Shown here in pieces: positions 10,531 through 21,316 of a stretch of 64,000 nucleotides of DNA. The stretch is taken from NCBI GenBank assembly GCA_048270185.1, contig JBLWTJ010000001.1:1184001-1248000 (forward strand). Direction: 5' to 3'. The position numbers and the translations under genes were made by a program. A model generated the notes under the pieces. The model was not told where the DNA came from and did not search any database. It saw only the letters and a program-made list of their open reading frames with translations. Numbering within the stretch: position 1 is the stretch's first letter; each line of letters begins with the position of its first letter. This DNA is from Bacteriovoracaceae bacterium. Its GTDB lineage: Bacteria > Bdellovibrionota > Bacteriovoracia > Bacteriovoracales > Bacteriovoracaceae.

Positions 10531-11838
10531 TTAAGCTGATTCGATATCTTTCTTAGCTTCCAGAGAAGTTCCACCAATTGCTTTATGCTCTTTACGTGGT
10601 CCCTCTTCAACTCTTGGAGACTCTGTTCCTTTAATTGAAGCTTCAGTGATAATAACTTTATTAGCTTTATCATTTGCTGGAACATCATACATTACTTCAA
10701 GCATTGTCTGCTCGATAATTGCGCGAAGTCCACGGGCCCCAGTCTTTCTAGTCAGTGCAGTTTGTGCAATGGCCTTAAGAGCAGACTCTTCAAACTCAAG
10801 CTCAATACCATCGAACTCAAAAAGCTTTTGATATTGTTTTGTAATCGCATTCTTTGGTTCAGTTAGAATTGAAACAAGCGCTGCTTCATCTAGCTCTTCA
10901 AGAAGTGCATTTACAGGAAGACGTCCAATAAACTCTGGAATTAGACCAAACTTAGTTAAGTCTTCTGCTTCGATACCACCAAGCTTTTGAATTACTGATT
11001 CTTCAGCTTCTTCAGTCTTAGTGACAAGTCCCATTGGTCTCTTCGTCATACGTTTTTCGATAATTTTATCAAGTCCTACGAAAGCTCCTGCAACAACGAA
11101 AAGGATATTCTTAGTATTTACTTGAATAAACTCTTGTTGCGGATGCTTACGTCCGCCCTTAGGAGGAACAGAAGCGACAGTACCTTCAACGAGTTTTAGA
11201 AGTGCCTGTTGAACACCTTCACCAGAAACATCTCTTGTAATTGACGGGTTCTCAGATTTACGTGCAATCTTATCAATCTCGTCAATATAAACGATACCAC
11301 GCTCAGCTCTTTCAACATCGTAGTCACATGCTTGAAGAAGATTAAGAATAATATTCTCAACATCTTCCCCTACGTAACCAGCTTCAGTAAGTGATGTAGC
11401 ATCAGCAATTGCGAAAGGAACGTTTAGAAACTTCGCAAGAGATTGAGCGATAAGAGTCTTCCCAGAACCTGTTGGTCCAGCAAGAAGAATATTTGATTTT
11501 GCTAATTCAACAGCATCATCTTTTCTCTTTGTATCACCGTGAGCAATTCTCTTGTAGTGATTATGAACAGCAACCGAGATAATTTTCTTTGCTCTGTCTT
11601 GACCAATTACATACTGATCGAGGTGAAGCTTAATCTCGTGTGGCTTTGGAACATTATCAAGAGCCGCTTTTGAGACTGATTTAACTGTGTCTTCATAAAT
11701 AATTTCATTACACAGCTCAATACACTCATCACAAATGTAGACGCCTGGCCCTGCAATCAACTTCTTAACTTCTTTTTGAGACTTTCCACAGAAGTTACAA
11801 GAGAGTGCACTATTGTATGATCCGTCTTTTTTAGTCAT
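10531..11838 (-). CDS. clpX: Clp protease ATP-binding subunit ClpX
   Basis: Zn finger [45 protein letters not shown]. Confidence 0.98.
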   Translation of the reverse strand: MTKKDGSYNSALSCNFCGKSQKEVKKLIAGPGVYICDECIELCNEIIYEDTVKSVSKAALDNVPKPHEIKLHLDQYVIGQDRAKKIISVAVHNHYKRIAHGDTKRKDDAVELAKSNILLAGPTGSGKTLIAQSLAKFLNVPFAIADATSLTEAGYVGEDVENIILNLLQACDYDVERAERGIVYIDEIDKIARKSENPSITRDVSGEGVQQALLKLVEGTVASVPPKGGRKHPQQEFIQVNTKNILFVVAGAFVGLDKIIEKRMTKRPMGLVTKTEEAEESVIQKLGGIEAEDLTKFGLIPEFIGRLPVNALLEELDEAALVSILTEPKNAITKQYQKLFEFDGIELEFEESALKAIAQTALTRKTGARGLRAIIEQTMLEVMYDVPANDKANKVIITEASIKGTESPRVEEGPRKEHKAIGGTSLEAKKDIESA

Positions 11839-11878
11839 TAATTATCCTTTCGTTTTCGATCTAAAAATCAATTATATA

Positions 11879-12490
11879 TTACTTCTTATTAGATTCAATT
11901 ACACCATCAATAATACCTAGTTCAATTGCTGCCTGTGGTGATAAATAGTTGTCACGATCAGTCGCCTGTACGATTTTTTCCATCGTCATGTCTACACTAG
12001 AGTGCTTAATGTAGATACCATTAAGTTGATCTTTTAGTGTTTGTATTTCATTTGCTTGAATCTGAATATCAGAACACTGACCTTGCGCTCCACCTAGTGG
12101 TTGGTGAATCATAATACGTGAGTGTGGGAGACTATAACGGTGCCCCTTCTCTCCAGCAGTAAGAAGAAGAGATCCCATTGATGCAGCAAGACCAACACAG
12201 TATGTATAAACTGGGCAAGAAACGTGTTGCATAATATCGTAAATACCAAGGCCAGCGTAAACGCTTCCCCCTGGTGAATTGATATAAAAGTGGATTGGAT
12301 CCTCTGGGTTACTCTGCTCTAAGAACATCATCTGAGCAATAAGTAGGTTGGCAACAGTGTCATTTACCTGTGTCCCTAGGAATACGATTCGATCAAGAAG
12401 TAGTCTTGAATAAATGTCGTATTGTCTCTCCCCTCTTGCTGTTTGTTCAATAACAATTGGGTTAGGAATATGTGCCTTTGGATCTGTCAT
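11879..12490 (-). CDS. clpP: Clp protease proteolytic subunit
   Basis: [28 protein letters not shown]. Confidence 0.98.
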   Translation of the reverse strand: MTDPKAHIPNPIVIEQTARGERQYDIYSRLLLDRIVFLGTQVNDTVANLLIAQMMFLEQSNPEDPIHFYINSPGGSVYAGLGIYDIMQHVSCPVYTYCVGLAASMGSLLLTAGEKGHRYSLPHSRIMIHQPLGGAQGQCSDIQIQANEIQTLKDQLNGIYIKHSSVDMTMEKIVQATDRDNYLSPQAAIELGIIDGVIESNKK

Positions 12491-12745
12491 TTTTTCTCCC
12501 TAGAAATGATTTTGGACTCTTTTCCAATTAATTTGTCTATTGCATTCAACATTTCGGTGAGATGAGAGATTTTCTTTAGATAAAAGTTTGTAAGGAATTG
12601 AAAAGATTTATGGACTAAGCAATTGAAATTATTTACCAAATATTTAATTGAAATATCGTTTTTAACATCACTAGTCTTGCACATCTCCTAGTTAAGTTGT
12701 TTAATTTTAGCGCTATTAAAACCTACAAAAAGACAGGAGTATTAA

Positions 12746-13348
12746 ATGAGTGAATCAAATTACCCAACGACATTAGTTTCTCAACCAGCGCCAGAATTCA
12801 AAGGTAATGCTGTTGTTAACGGTGAAATCAAAGAAATTTCACTTTCAGATTTTAAAGGAAAATGGAAAGTTTTATTCTTCTACCCACTAGATTTCACATT
12901 TGTATGTCCTACAGAGATCACTGCATTTTCAGATAAGATTCAACTTTTTAAAGACCTTAACTGTGAAATTATCGCTTGTTCTGTTGACTCAGCTTTCTCT
13001 CACCTAGCTTGGACGAAGCAACCAAGAAATGCGGGTGGACTTGGTGAAATTAACTTCCCAATTCTTGAAGACCTAACTAAAGAAGTTGCAAGATCTTACG
13101 GTGCTCTTATGCCAGCAGGTGATGTTGCATTTAGAGCAACTTATATTATCGATGACAATAATATCGTTCAACACGCTTCAATCAACAACCTATCAGTTGG
13201 TCGTAGTGTTGAAGAAGTTGCAAGACTTGTTGATGGTTACCAATATACAGCTAAGCACGGAGAAGTTTGTCCGGCCGGTTGGACTAAAGGTGCAGATACA
13301 ATGAAACCAGATCCAACAGGATCACAAGAATACTTCAATAAGCTATAA
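12746..13348 (+). CDS. ahpC: 2-Cys peroxiredoxin (AhpC/TSA)
   Basis: FYPLDFTFVCPTE and GEVCPAGW motifs; AGGAG RBS. Confidence 0.93.
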   Translation: MSESNYPTTLVSQPAPEFKGNAVVNGEIKEISLSDFKGKWKVLFFYPLDFTFVCPTEITAFSDKIQLFKDLNCEIIACSVDSAFSHLAWTKQPRNAGGLGEINFPILEDLTKEVARSYGALMPAGDVAFRATYIIDDNNIVQHASINNLSVGRSVEEVARLVDGYQYTAKHGEVCPAGWTKGADTMKPDPTGSQEYFNKL

Positions 13349-13361
13349 TTGATTGTATATG

Positions 13362-13390
13362 AAGGCCCTCAGAAGTGAGGGCCTTTCTTT
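13362..13390. terminator. Terminator between ahpC and the convergent gene
   Basis: AAGGCCCTCA-GAAG-TGAGGGCCTT followed by TCTTT. Confidence 0.8.
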
Positions 13391-14123
13391 AATAGTAAAA
13401 ACCTAAGCCAAATCCGAATCGATTAATTCTTAACTCACGACTCCCATTACTTAAGACATTTCTCTTCGCAAAAAAATGATACCAAGTATTCTCGCTATAC
13501 TTTTGTTCATAGTGAAGATGATAGCGCTGACCACTGAGACCTAATTGGTTTATTAGAGATTGTGAGGCACTTAATTTTAGAACAAATGGAGTGACAAGCT
13601 TTTGAGCAAAACAAAGCCCTAGAGTCGCATATGTAATTCGCTCACGACTAAGCTCGATTTCATTGCTTAGAATAGCACTTGGAGCGCTATATAGATTGAA
13701 AGACTCATAATCTAGCCCGCCAAAAAATCCCGTAACATTTCGATAAGTATATGACTTATGTAGATATAAACTACCAGCGAATTCTGGATCGAGTTTCATA
13801 TTATTAGAGAAGGTACTTCCTCCTGCATCCTCAAAATCAGAAGAAACCATATATGAAATACTCCCAATGGCCACAACTGCAGTTTTTTCAAATGAATCGG
13901 GAAAATAAGAAATCCCTGCATTAAGAGTCATCGGTGAGTTAGTTTCAGTGCTTGTTTTTGTATTGGCATCTTTATCAGTTACGATTCCCAAAGAAGCAGC
14001 TGTTTGAATAAAGTAATTTGAATTACTTCCTGAATTCTTTAAGAAGTAGTCTAAGTTCTTTCCATAGACTTGATTCATATTAAGACTGATTAATGTAAGT
14101 AGGATTGACCTGAGTATCTTCAC
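13389..14123 (-). CDS. Hypothetical outer-membrane beta-barrel protein
   Basis: Signal-like N-terminus, amphipathic strands, C-terminal RFGFGLGFYY beta-signal. Confidence 0.55.
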   Translation of the reverse strand: MKILRSILLTLISLNMNQVYGKNLDYFLKNSGSNSNYFIQTAASLGIVTDKDANTKTSTETNSPMTLNAGISYFPDSFEKTAVVAIGSISYMVSSDFEDAGGSTFSNNMKLDPEFAGSLYLHKSYTYRNVTGFFGGLDYESFNLYSAPSAILSNEIELSRERITYATLGLCFAQKLVTPFVLKLSASQSLINQLGLSGQRYHLHYEQKYSENTWYHFFAKRNVLSNGSRELRINRFGFGLGFYY

Positions 14124-14238
14124 ATGCCCATAGTAACAAAAATTATCTCTAAAATAGAGAGCGGTAAATTCATCTCATAAACAGATGCGCTTTAACGTAT
14201 TTTGAGATATTCTTTTAGTATTTTACACAGGAGAAAAA

Positions 14239-14850
14239 ATGGAATTCTTTGAACAGATCATGCTCTATATTAATACTCACGTGCACGTAGCGCCTTATAT
14301 AATTTTTGGACTTCTACTCTTGGCCGGATTTAATATCCCTGTTTCTGAAGATCTAATGCTTTTTACATCGGCTATTTTAGCGGCAAAGAACCCTGAATAC
14401 CTCTACCCGCTTTTTTTCGCAGTCTTCCTTGGAGCCTATCTTTCTGACCTTATCTGCTATGGATTCATTGGACGTTATTTAGGCCCTAAGATTTTTGGTA
14501 TCAAGTTCTTTGCTTCCATGGTTACACCTGAGCGCCTAGATACGGTTAATCAATTCTTTAAAAAGTACGGAGTGTTCACTTTAATCTTTGGTCGATTTGT
14601 CCCATTTGGCTTTAGAAATGCACTCTTCCTTTCTGCAGGTCTTGGGAAAATGAATGCCTGGCGCTTTGCTATCAGTGACCTCGTTGCGGCCACAATCTCA
14701 TGCGTTGTCTACTTTACGATCTATTACAAGTACGGCGAGGTTGCCATTGAGTATATTAAAAAGAGCAATTATGTTATTGGTGCAGTCGCTGCTGTCGTAA
14801 TTACAATTGCCATCATCAAGAAACTCAAAAAAGAAAAGGTAACTAGCTAA
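14239..14850 (+). CDS. DedA family membrane protein
   Basis: GFNIPVSED, G..LSD..Y..GR, FKKYG..IFGRFVP.FR motifs. Confidence 0.9.
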   Translation: MEFFEQIMLYINTHVHVAPYIIFGLLLLAGFNIPVSEDLMLFTSAILAAKNPEYLYPLFFAVFLGAYLSDLICYGFIGRYLGPKIFGIKFFASMVTPERLDTVNQFFKKYGVFTLIFGRFVPFGFRNALFLSAGLGKMNAWRFAISDLVAATISCVVYFTIYYKYGEVAIEYIKKSNYVIGAVAAVVITIAIIKKLKKEKVTS

Positions 14851-14942
14851 AATCACATAAGCTAGAAAAAATTACAAGGCCCGGCGATTCCAGTTTACAG
14901 CGCGGGCCTCTTACTCCATAATCCGATTCATTCACAAAAGAT

Positions 14943-15296
14943 GTGAAAATAAATGAACAGATTACACTTACGGAGTATAACCAAATGCTTAATTCATTCA
15001 CACAAGATAAAATCGTAAACTTCAACACTTTCAAGGCCCTTAAGTCTCAAAGATGTGAGAGTGCCGTGGCACGTGATTATTTTTCGAAGTTGGATTTTTC
15101 TGCACTCATTAATGAAACTAATACTCTAGTAGCTGAAATCAATAATGAAAATTCTATTGGTAATGACCTTCTAGTGAAAGTTGATCAACTAACTGCTGAG
15201 TTCAAAAGCCGTATTCTTGATAATGAATCTCCAATTGATAAGTATCTTTTGGCGACAATCAAAGATTTAAAATACTCGATTAAAGCAAAGCTTTAA
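14943..15296 (+). CDS. Hypothetical protein
   Basis: 117-aa helical ORF with GTG start, filling the gap before a terminator. Confidence 0.55.
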   Translation: MKINEQITLTEYNQMLNSFTQDKIVNFNTFKALKSQRCESAVARDYFSKLDFSALINETNTLVAEINNENSIGNDLLVKVDQLTAEFKSRILDNESPIDKYLLATIKDLKYSIKAKL

Positions 15297-15330
15297 GCTT
15301 TGTTCGTTAATATCCTTCTCTTTAATATAT

Positions 15331-15359
15331 TAGGCCAGTCATTGACTGGCCTTTTATTT
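15331..15359. terminator. Terminator between convergent genes
   Basis: GGCCAGTC-ATT-GACTGGCC followed by TTTTATTT. Confidence 0.75.
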
Positions 15360-15923
15360 CTACAATGATTCTAATGATTGATAGTCATGTAATACTTTAG
15401 CGCGAAGAAGTGGTAGCTTCATTTCAGAGTCATAGCCTAAGAGTGCCGCCGTCTTTCTTAGATGAACTATATTCCCATTCTTCTTAGATGAATTTTCAAA
15501 TTGCGTTAGTAGATAGATCATATTCTTTGAGAATGTTTGCACATAAGATCTAATTAAGGCCATATTACCAGAGCTAACGTGAGAGAAACTTGCACCAATT
15601 GAAGGCAAAAGAATTTTTTCAACTTCAGAAAGACCTTCAAAAGAACGAACAATATCCACTTCACAGCGAATGACTTCAATTTCAAATGCACTATGATCAA
15701 TACTAATTAATTTTTGAGAACTAATTTTTGAAAACTCAGGGTACTGTATAAGTGAAACCATCGTATGGAAGCGTGTTGCCGTTGGCACACGCCCCATATC
15801 AGTAATTAACATTCCACCTTCAGAGATATTTGAACAACGCCCTTTCAGAACAAAATCATCGCAAAGATAGAGCATTTCTTGGTTTACTGGTGCTCTTAAA
15901 TATTGGCGATTTGCTCTCGACAC
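15360..15923 (-). CDS. PilZ domain protein
   Basis: RQYLR (RxxxR) and NISEGG (D/NxSxxG) c-di-GMP-binding motifs. Confidence 0.8.
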   Translation of the reverse strand: MSRANRQYLRAPVNQEMLYLCDDFVLKGRCSNISEGGMLITDMGRVPTATRFHTMVSLIQYPEFSKISSQKLISIDHSAFEIEVIRCEVDIVRSFEGLSEVEKILLPSIGASFSHVSSGNMALIRSYVQTFSKNMIYLLTQFENSSKKNGNIVHLRKTAALLGYDSEMKLPLLRAKVLHDYQSLESL

Positions 15924-15934
15924 TAGTCAATTCC

Positions 15935-17260
15935 CTAAAGTAATTTCGACGCTGTTTCAGAAAGCGCAGAACGCTCACCAACAGTCAGTCTTGCGTGAGA
16001 AATAATATCTTCAGTCTTAAGTCTTTCAACAACATAGCTTAAACCGTTGTTGATTTCATCAAGATAAGGGCTATCAATCTGCTGAGGATCACCAGTTAGG
16101 ATAATCTTCGTCCCCTCTCCAGCACGAGTAACAATTGTTTTTACTTCGTGTGGTGATAAGTTTTGAGCCTCATCAACGATTAGGTACTGGCCAGGAATCG
16201 AGCGACCACGAATATAAGTAAGTGGCTCAATATGAAGAAGTCCATGATCCATCAGATCAACGTATGAAGATGAAGTACCTGCTCTTCTTTGATCGAATAG
16301 GAAGTCCATATTATCAAAGATCGGTTGCATCCAAGGACCTAATTTATCATTAACGTCACCAGGTAAATAACCAAGGTCTTTCCCCATTGGTTGAATTGGA
16401 CGAGAAACGAGTAGTCTTGAATACTTTTCTTGATTAATTGTCATCTCAAGTCCAGCAGCAATAGCAAGAAGAGTCTTACCTGTACCGGCCTTACCAACAA
16501 GTGATACTAGTTTGATATCATCATTTAAAAGAGCATCCAGAGCAAATTGTTGTTCCATATTCTTTGGATAGATTCCCCAAACACCTTCTCTCATTGGAAT
16601 AAGTGGAACGATACCTAATTTAGATTTAGAGAAACGTCCAAGAAGTCTTCTGCGATCATTTCCTTCTTCGTGAACAACTAGGTATTCATTTGGAAAAATC
16701 TCTAGCTCTTCCCAATTCTCTAATTGTAGGAAGCGATTCTTTTCGTACTCTTCTAATTTATCTTTTGGAAGCGGAAGGAAGCGATAGCCTGAGTAAATTT
16801 CATCAAGCTTAATATCCTTCATTCCATAATCTTCAGCATTAATTCCTAAGATATCCGATTTGATTCTTAAGTTAATATCTTTTGTGATTAGAATAACATC
16901 TTCACCCTGTTCCTTTAGGAAGATTGCAGATGCTAGGATTAGGTTATCATTGATTGTTAAATCAATTGTATCGTTTTGATTCTCAACAACTTTATCAACA
17001 GAGATGATTAGTGTTCCACCATTATCTAGTTCAACACCATCCATGAGTGAGCCCTTCTTACGAAGGTCATCAATGATTCTAGAAAAGTAACGAGCATTAC
17101 GTCCATTCTCATTCTGGTCTTTCTTAAATCTGTCGACTTCCTCCACAACAACGAGTGGAATGAAAACATCATTAGGGCCGAATTTGTTAATTGCGTTGGG
17201 ATCAAATAGTAATACGTTAGTATCAAGAACAAAGGTTTTTCTAGTCAAAATGCCCTCCAT
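15935..17260 (-). CDS. PIN-PhoH family protein (PhoH2/YlaK-like)
   Basis: N-terminal PIN (FVLDTNVLL, ND..IL, TKDINLRIK) plus GKAGTGKT, GYLPG, YIRGRS, IVDEAQN. Confidence 0.92.
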   Translation of the reverse strand: MEGILTRKTFVLDTNVLLFDPNAINKFGPNDVFIPLVVVEEVDRFKKDQNENGRNARYFSRIIDDLRKKGSLMDGVELDNGGTLIISVDKVVENQNDTIDLTINDNLILASAIFLKEQGEDVILITKDINLRIKSDILGINAEDYGMKDIKLDEIYSGYRFLPLPKDKLEEYEKNRFLQLENWEELEIFPNEYLVVHEEGNDRRRLLGRFSKSKLGIVPLIPMREGVWGIYPKNMEQQFALDALLNDDIKLVSLVGKAGTGKTLLAIAAGLEMTINQEKYSRLLVSRPIQPMGKDLGYLPGDVNDKLGPWMQPIFDNMDFLFDQRRAGTSSSYVDLMDHGLLHIEPLTYIRGRSIPGQYLIVDEAQNLSPHEVKTIVTRAGEGTKIILTGDPQQIDSPYLDEINNGLSYVVERLKTEDIISHARLTVGERSALSETASKLL

Positions 17261-17361
17261 GACATTTGGGTATAAGGAGGAATCCTCTTTATTAAATTTT
17301 AAGTGATGGTAAAAAGAACTGTCAAAGGAAAACGGGTATTTGCGGGTGCGTCAATTGGCCT

Positions 17362-18495
17362 TTAAAATATATCCATTGATGTATCAAACAAAGAAATGAA
17401 AACAAAGAGACGATCTCCTTTTGTTTCCTTGTAACCAGAACCGATCTCAACGTTGTTATAGCCGAGAGTTACAGTCATTGGCCAAAGTCTTATTTCAGCG
17501 CCGTAATTGAGATAACCTTCGCCAATCCCAGCAAAGAAGCCAAAGAATGGAATATTCACCTGAGCACCAAAGTGAATCATGCGCCCAATGTCTAACTCTT
17601 GATTAAGTGGCTTTATATCAAGGGCCAGAGAGTAATCAAATGCCTTCCAATCTTGTTTAACTGCAAATCCAGAGTTTATGGCCATTGGTATACTTGGAAT
17701 ATCATTGTCACCGTACTCTTTTTCAAAAGTAGTATCTCCAATATCTAAGATGGCCAAAGATGCGGTAAATTCAGTATTCCCCCAACCATTGGCATACTCA
17801 ACACCAATGTCATGACCTACTCCAGCACCTTTTGAATAACCAAAGATATCTTTAATTTCTGAAATAGAGCCAAAGCCAGCTTCCACTTTACTTAAAATAT
17901 TTGTCGAGAATAAATCAAACTTATCCTTAGTTCCCTCACGATTGATATATTTAAAAGAGTAACCAACCGATAATCTCTTACCTTTCATAATTTTTTGATA
18001 TTTCTTAGTGCGCCCACCACCAATTAAATTGAATGCAAAGCCTGTTATAAATCCACGATCATACGAGTAATCCACATCAAAAGCAGGATTAACACGATTT
18101 TTTAAAACGACATTGGCACGATTCTTAGTAAAATAAGAGAATGAAAAGTGATGAGCTTTTAAAGTCGAATAGTTTGAAAGCTCTAAGTATAGAGGATAAC
18201 CAAGAAGCCTATCAGCAATAGCGTCAGCTTCAGAGGGAAGATTTTCAAAACGATCCATATCATCAATGGCATTAGGTCCAGCGAGAGTTACATTTATTGG
18301 AGAAAGATCTATATCGTAGTTGGCCCCAAGACTTGCTGGATTATAGAAAATAGTAAAACTATCTTGATTCGCAAGTCCCATCCAAGCATTTCCCATCAAG
18401 CGTGCCCGTGGACTTTGACCTAAATTAAATTTTTCAAAAGCATAAGAATTAATGCTTAATGAAAATATAAATAGGATTAGAATCAACTTCTTCAA
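17362..18495 (-). CDS. Outer-membrane protein, FadL/PorV/TraF_2-like
   Basis: Signal peptide then SPRARLMGNA..FYNPASL plug motif; C-terminal Phe. Confidence 0.55.
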   Translation of the reverse strand: MKKLILILFIFSLSINSYAFEKFNLGQSPRARLMGNAWMGLANQDSFTIFYNPASLGANYDIDLSPINVTLAGPNAIDDMDRFENLPSEADAIADRLLGYPLYLELSNYSTLKAHHFSFSYFTKNRANVVLKNRVNPAFDVDYSYDRGFITGFAFNLIGGGRTKKYQKIMKGKRLSVGYSFKYINREGTKDKFDLFSTNILSKVEAGFGSISEIKDIFGYSKGAGVGHDIGVEYANGWGNTEFTASLAILDIGDTTFEKEYGDNDIPSIPMAINSGFAVKQDWKAFDYSLALDIKPLNQELDIGRMIHFGAQVNIPFFGFFAGIGEGYLNYGAEIRLWPMTVTLGYNNVEIGSGYKETKGDRLFVFISLFDTSMDIF

Positions 18496-18498
18496 TTT

Positions 18499-19491
18499 CT
18501 ACCTTGAGTGAGACGTTTCAAAAACGGCCGCTATATAGTAACCAATTTGTACTTCAATTCCAGTAAAGTCTGTTACACATTGAGTTTTGTTCTTTACTGT
18601 TAGAAGTGTATTCGAGTAGCCCTTCACGTCGATAACATTGGTTTTAAAGTCATCGCGAGCAGTTGTAATATTTGTTAAAAGAGTTGAAAGATCGATATCA
18701 GTAATATCACCAAGAGAGAGGTTTTCAAGAATATCTAGAAGAATATTCATCTCCGTAACTAGCATACAAGCTCTTTCTAAGTTGAGACTATTATCTACAT
18801 TTGTTAGAGCAGGACTTCCATCATCACCGTCTGTCGTACAAGCGCCAGTGTTTCCTGTTCCAAGAAATGCCGAGAGATCACCATCACCAAATGTTGCATA
18901 TTTAAAAAAACAACTATTTGTTCCTGCCCCATCTCCTTTAATCCCAGCTAAAGTATTCCCGTAGAGATAAGCACTCATCCCAAGTCGAGTAAAGAGCATA
19001 TACATTAAGAATGAATCAATATCTGCTGCGTAGTAATCACCAAAGACACTTTTTCTAAGTGATGCTGAAGGATCATTTGTGATCGGTCCTGTTCCACCAG
19101 AGTAGATCAAGGTATCAACGGCTTTTTGCATATAGAAGAAGCTTAGGTCATCGACATCTGTCATGGCCTCGGCCATTTGAAATGTCGAAAGTGCACTAAC
19201 AAAATCATTAGCGGCAGTTGTAATTTTTGTAATATCATTTGCAAAGAAATTGACAACAGAGAAGCCTGCTTTACATCCATAAGCAGAGGCAAGAAGCTTG
19301 TAGTAGTCGGCGTCTCCGACTTGCTCCCCCATAGCGAGCATAGCACTTAAGGCCTTGTCGCAATCACCTGCAGTCAGGTAATCTTCCACTGAAAGGTATT
19401 CTCGTTGGATTTCGAGTTCCTTGTCGACACCACAACTGGTGAAACCAAGTAGAATTAAGAGATAAGTGCTGAAAACAAGTAGTCTATTCAC
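18499..19491 (-). CDS. Hypothetical lipoprotein
   Basis: Lipobox FTSC, TPR-like start (YLTAGDCDKAL), several Cys; 3 bp from the OMP gene. Confidence 0.65.
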   Translation of the reverse strand: MNRLLVFSTYLLILLGFTSCGVDKELEIQREYLSVEDYLTAGDCDKALSAMLAMGEQVGDADYYKLLASAYGCKAGFSVVNFFANDITKITTAANDFVSALSTFQMAEAMTDVDDLSFFYMQKAVDTLIYSGGTGPITNDPSASLRKSVFGDYYAADIDSFLMYMLFTRLGMSAYLYGNTLAGIKGDGAGTNSCFFKYATFGDGDLSAFLGTGNTGACTTDGDDGSPALTNVDNSLNLERACMLVTEMNILLDILENLSLGDITDIDLSTLLTNITTARDDFKTNVIDVKGYSNTLLTVKNKTQCVTDFTGIEVQIGYYIAAVFETSHSR

Positions 19492-19557
19492 AGCTTAATT
19501 ATCTCTTAACTTAGTCTTTAATTGATAGTGGGAACGAGATTCCGTGGCCTTTTGGCC

Positions 19558-20784
19558 TTATTCCTGAGTTAAAACCTCAGCAATTTTTGTCATGGCCTCT
19601 CTGAAGTCTTCCTTTGGAAGAACAAGTGAAAGTCGCGCACAATTTGGTACCCCAAAATCACCACTTGGAACCATGGCAACACCCTGCTCTTCAAGTATCT
19701 TCTCACAGATTTCAACCGAGTAATCGGCCTGATCAGATTCAGATTTCTTATAATTCTCAATAATTGGCGTGCTTGAGAAATCAATTAAGAAATAGAAAGC
19801 TGAAGTCACCTGGTACCAGCACTTTTCTAGGTTGTATTCACGAAGAACTTCTCTGATAATGAGTGCGTTTTCTCGAAGGTGTTTCTTTACCGGAGCTAAA
19901 TACTCATCTATTTGATTTAAGTTGTATCTTAGAAGAGCTCTTTGAATCAGTGAACAAGATCCAGAAGCTGTGTGCCCTTGAATTTTTTTAATTGCCGTGA
20001 TGACATCTTCATTAGCAATACAATAACCAAGTCTTAAACCAGTAGCCGCTAAGCTTTTTGAAATACCATCAACGATAATTGTACGCCCTAGTAATTCACG
20101 ATCATATTGATAGAAGAACGTAGGTCTTGGATCATAGTAATTTAGTTCATAGTAGATTTCATCTGAGACAATATATGCATTTTCATATGGCTTTACGATC
20201 TCAGCAAATTTCTTCATCCAATTTTCATCATAGAAAATTCCTGATGGATTGTTTGGACTATTTAAAACAATTGCTTTTGTCTTATCACTTAATAATTCTT
20301 TTAATTTTTCAAGATCTGGCTCAAATGCGTTAAAAACTGATGCTTCAACAACTTTAATAGTTGCTCCGTTAAGAGAAACCATTTGTGGATATGAAATCCA
20401 GTATGGAGCAAAGAGAATAACTTCATCACCTGGGTTTAAAATAGCAGAGAAGATATTTGAAAGAACGTGTTTTCCACCGTTACCGACAGTTACACCAAAA
20501 TTTAGATCGTGATCTTCAAAACTAATCTCACGAGACATTTCAATATATTCTTCTAGTTTTTTAAGAAGTTCTCCATCCCCTGCGACAGGGCTGTACTGAA
20601 AACTTTTTAGAAAGTCTAACTCTCCACGAATCGCTTCGACTAATTCTCTTGGAGGACGATAAGGAAGTTGGCCTGCCGTTAAGTTATAAACCTTCTTCCC
20701 TTCAGCCGCCATTGCCACGGCCTTCGCATTTAGTTTTAGAGTTATACTTTCGTTAATTTCTTGGGAACGTTTTGAAACATTCAT
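19558..20784 (-). CDS. PLP-dependent class I/II aminotransferase (AspC-like)
   Basis: NSPNNPSG, SDEIY, SKSLAATGLRLGY. Confidence 0.92.
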   Translation of the reverse strand: MNVSKRSQEINESITLKLNAKAVAMAAEGKKVYNLTAGQLPYRPPRELVEAIRGELDFLKSFQYSPVAGDGELLKKLEEYIEMSREISFEDHDLNFGVTVGNGGKHVLSNIFSAILNPGDEVILFAPYWISYPQMVSLNGATIKVVEASVFNAFEPDLEKLKELLSDKTKAIVLNSPNNPSGIFYDENWMKKFAEIVKPYENAYIVSDEIYYELNYYDPRPTFFYQYDRELLGRTIIVDGISKSLAATGLRLGYCIANEDVITAIKKIQGHTASGSCSLIQRALLRYNLNQIDEYLAPVKKHLRENALIIREVLREYNLEKCWYQVTSAFYFLIDFSSTPIIENYKKSESDQADYSVEICEKILEEQGVAMVPSGDFGVPNCARLSLVLPKEDFREAMTKIAEVLTQE

Positions 20785-21264
20785 TTAGATATTTCCTTTT
20801 TTTACGATCCATTCGTAAATAGTGTCGGGAACAAATTCTTTAATAACTTTTCCGTGTTTATGTATTTCTTTAACGAGTGAACTTGAAACGTAGTAATTAT
20901 CTCTCTCAGTAATAAAGAAGACCGTTTCTATTTCAGGATAAAGTCTCTTATTCATTGAGGCCATTTGAAATTCTGCTTCAAAATCACCCGTAGGCCTAAG
21001 GCCTCTGATAATAGAGTTAATATCGTTATTCTTAGCATAGTCAACAATTAGGCCTTCCCATTTATCTGCTTTAATTCTCGGTTCATTTGCAAAAGTTTCC
21101 TTAAGCATTTGAACACGATCTTCAGCAGAAAAGAGCGGTTTCTTATTTCGATTATGGGCCACTAAAATAATGATCTCATCAAAAACACTTAAAGCTCTCA
21201 TTAAGATATCTTTGTGACCATTCGTAAAAGGATCAAACGTCCCTGGATAAATTGCTCTTTTCAT
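20785..21264 (-). CDS. coaD: Pantetheine-phosphate adenylyltransferase
   Basis: YPGTFDPFTNGH, RGLR, VSSSLVKE. Confidence 0.97.
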   Translation of the reverse strand: MKRAIYPGTFDPFTNGHKDILMRALSVFDEIIILVAHNRNKKPLFSAEDRVQMLKETFANEPRIKADKWEGLIVDYAKNNDINSIIRGLRPTGDFEAEFQMASMNKRLYPEIETVFFITERDNYYVSSSLVKEIHKHGKVIKEFVPDTIYEWIVKKGNI

Positions 21265-21316
21265 AGAGTACCTAATTCCCTGTAATTAACTTATGATAAT
21301 TTTATACGACACTAAG

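Noticed and set aside
12487..12684. 65-aa ORF upstream of clpP
   Set aside because: Lies in the AT-rich divergent clpP/ahpC promoter region; no recognisable features.
14877..14909. AGGCCCG...CGGGCCT hairpin as a riboswitch or sRNA
   Set aside because: Single 7-bp stem with a large loop and no recognisable RNA family features.
17362..18495. TraF-like similarity as evidence of a conjugative element
   Set aside because: No other tra/virB, relaxase or integrase genes; core-gene context.
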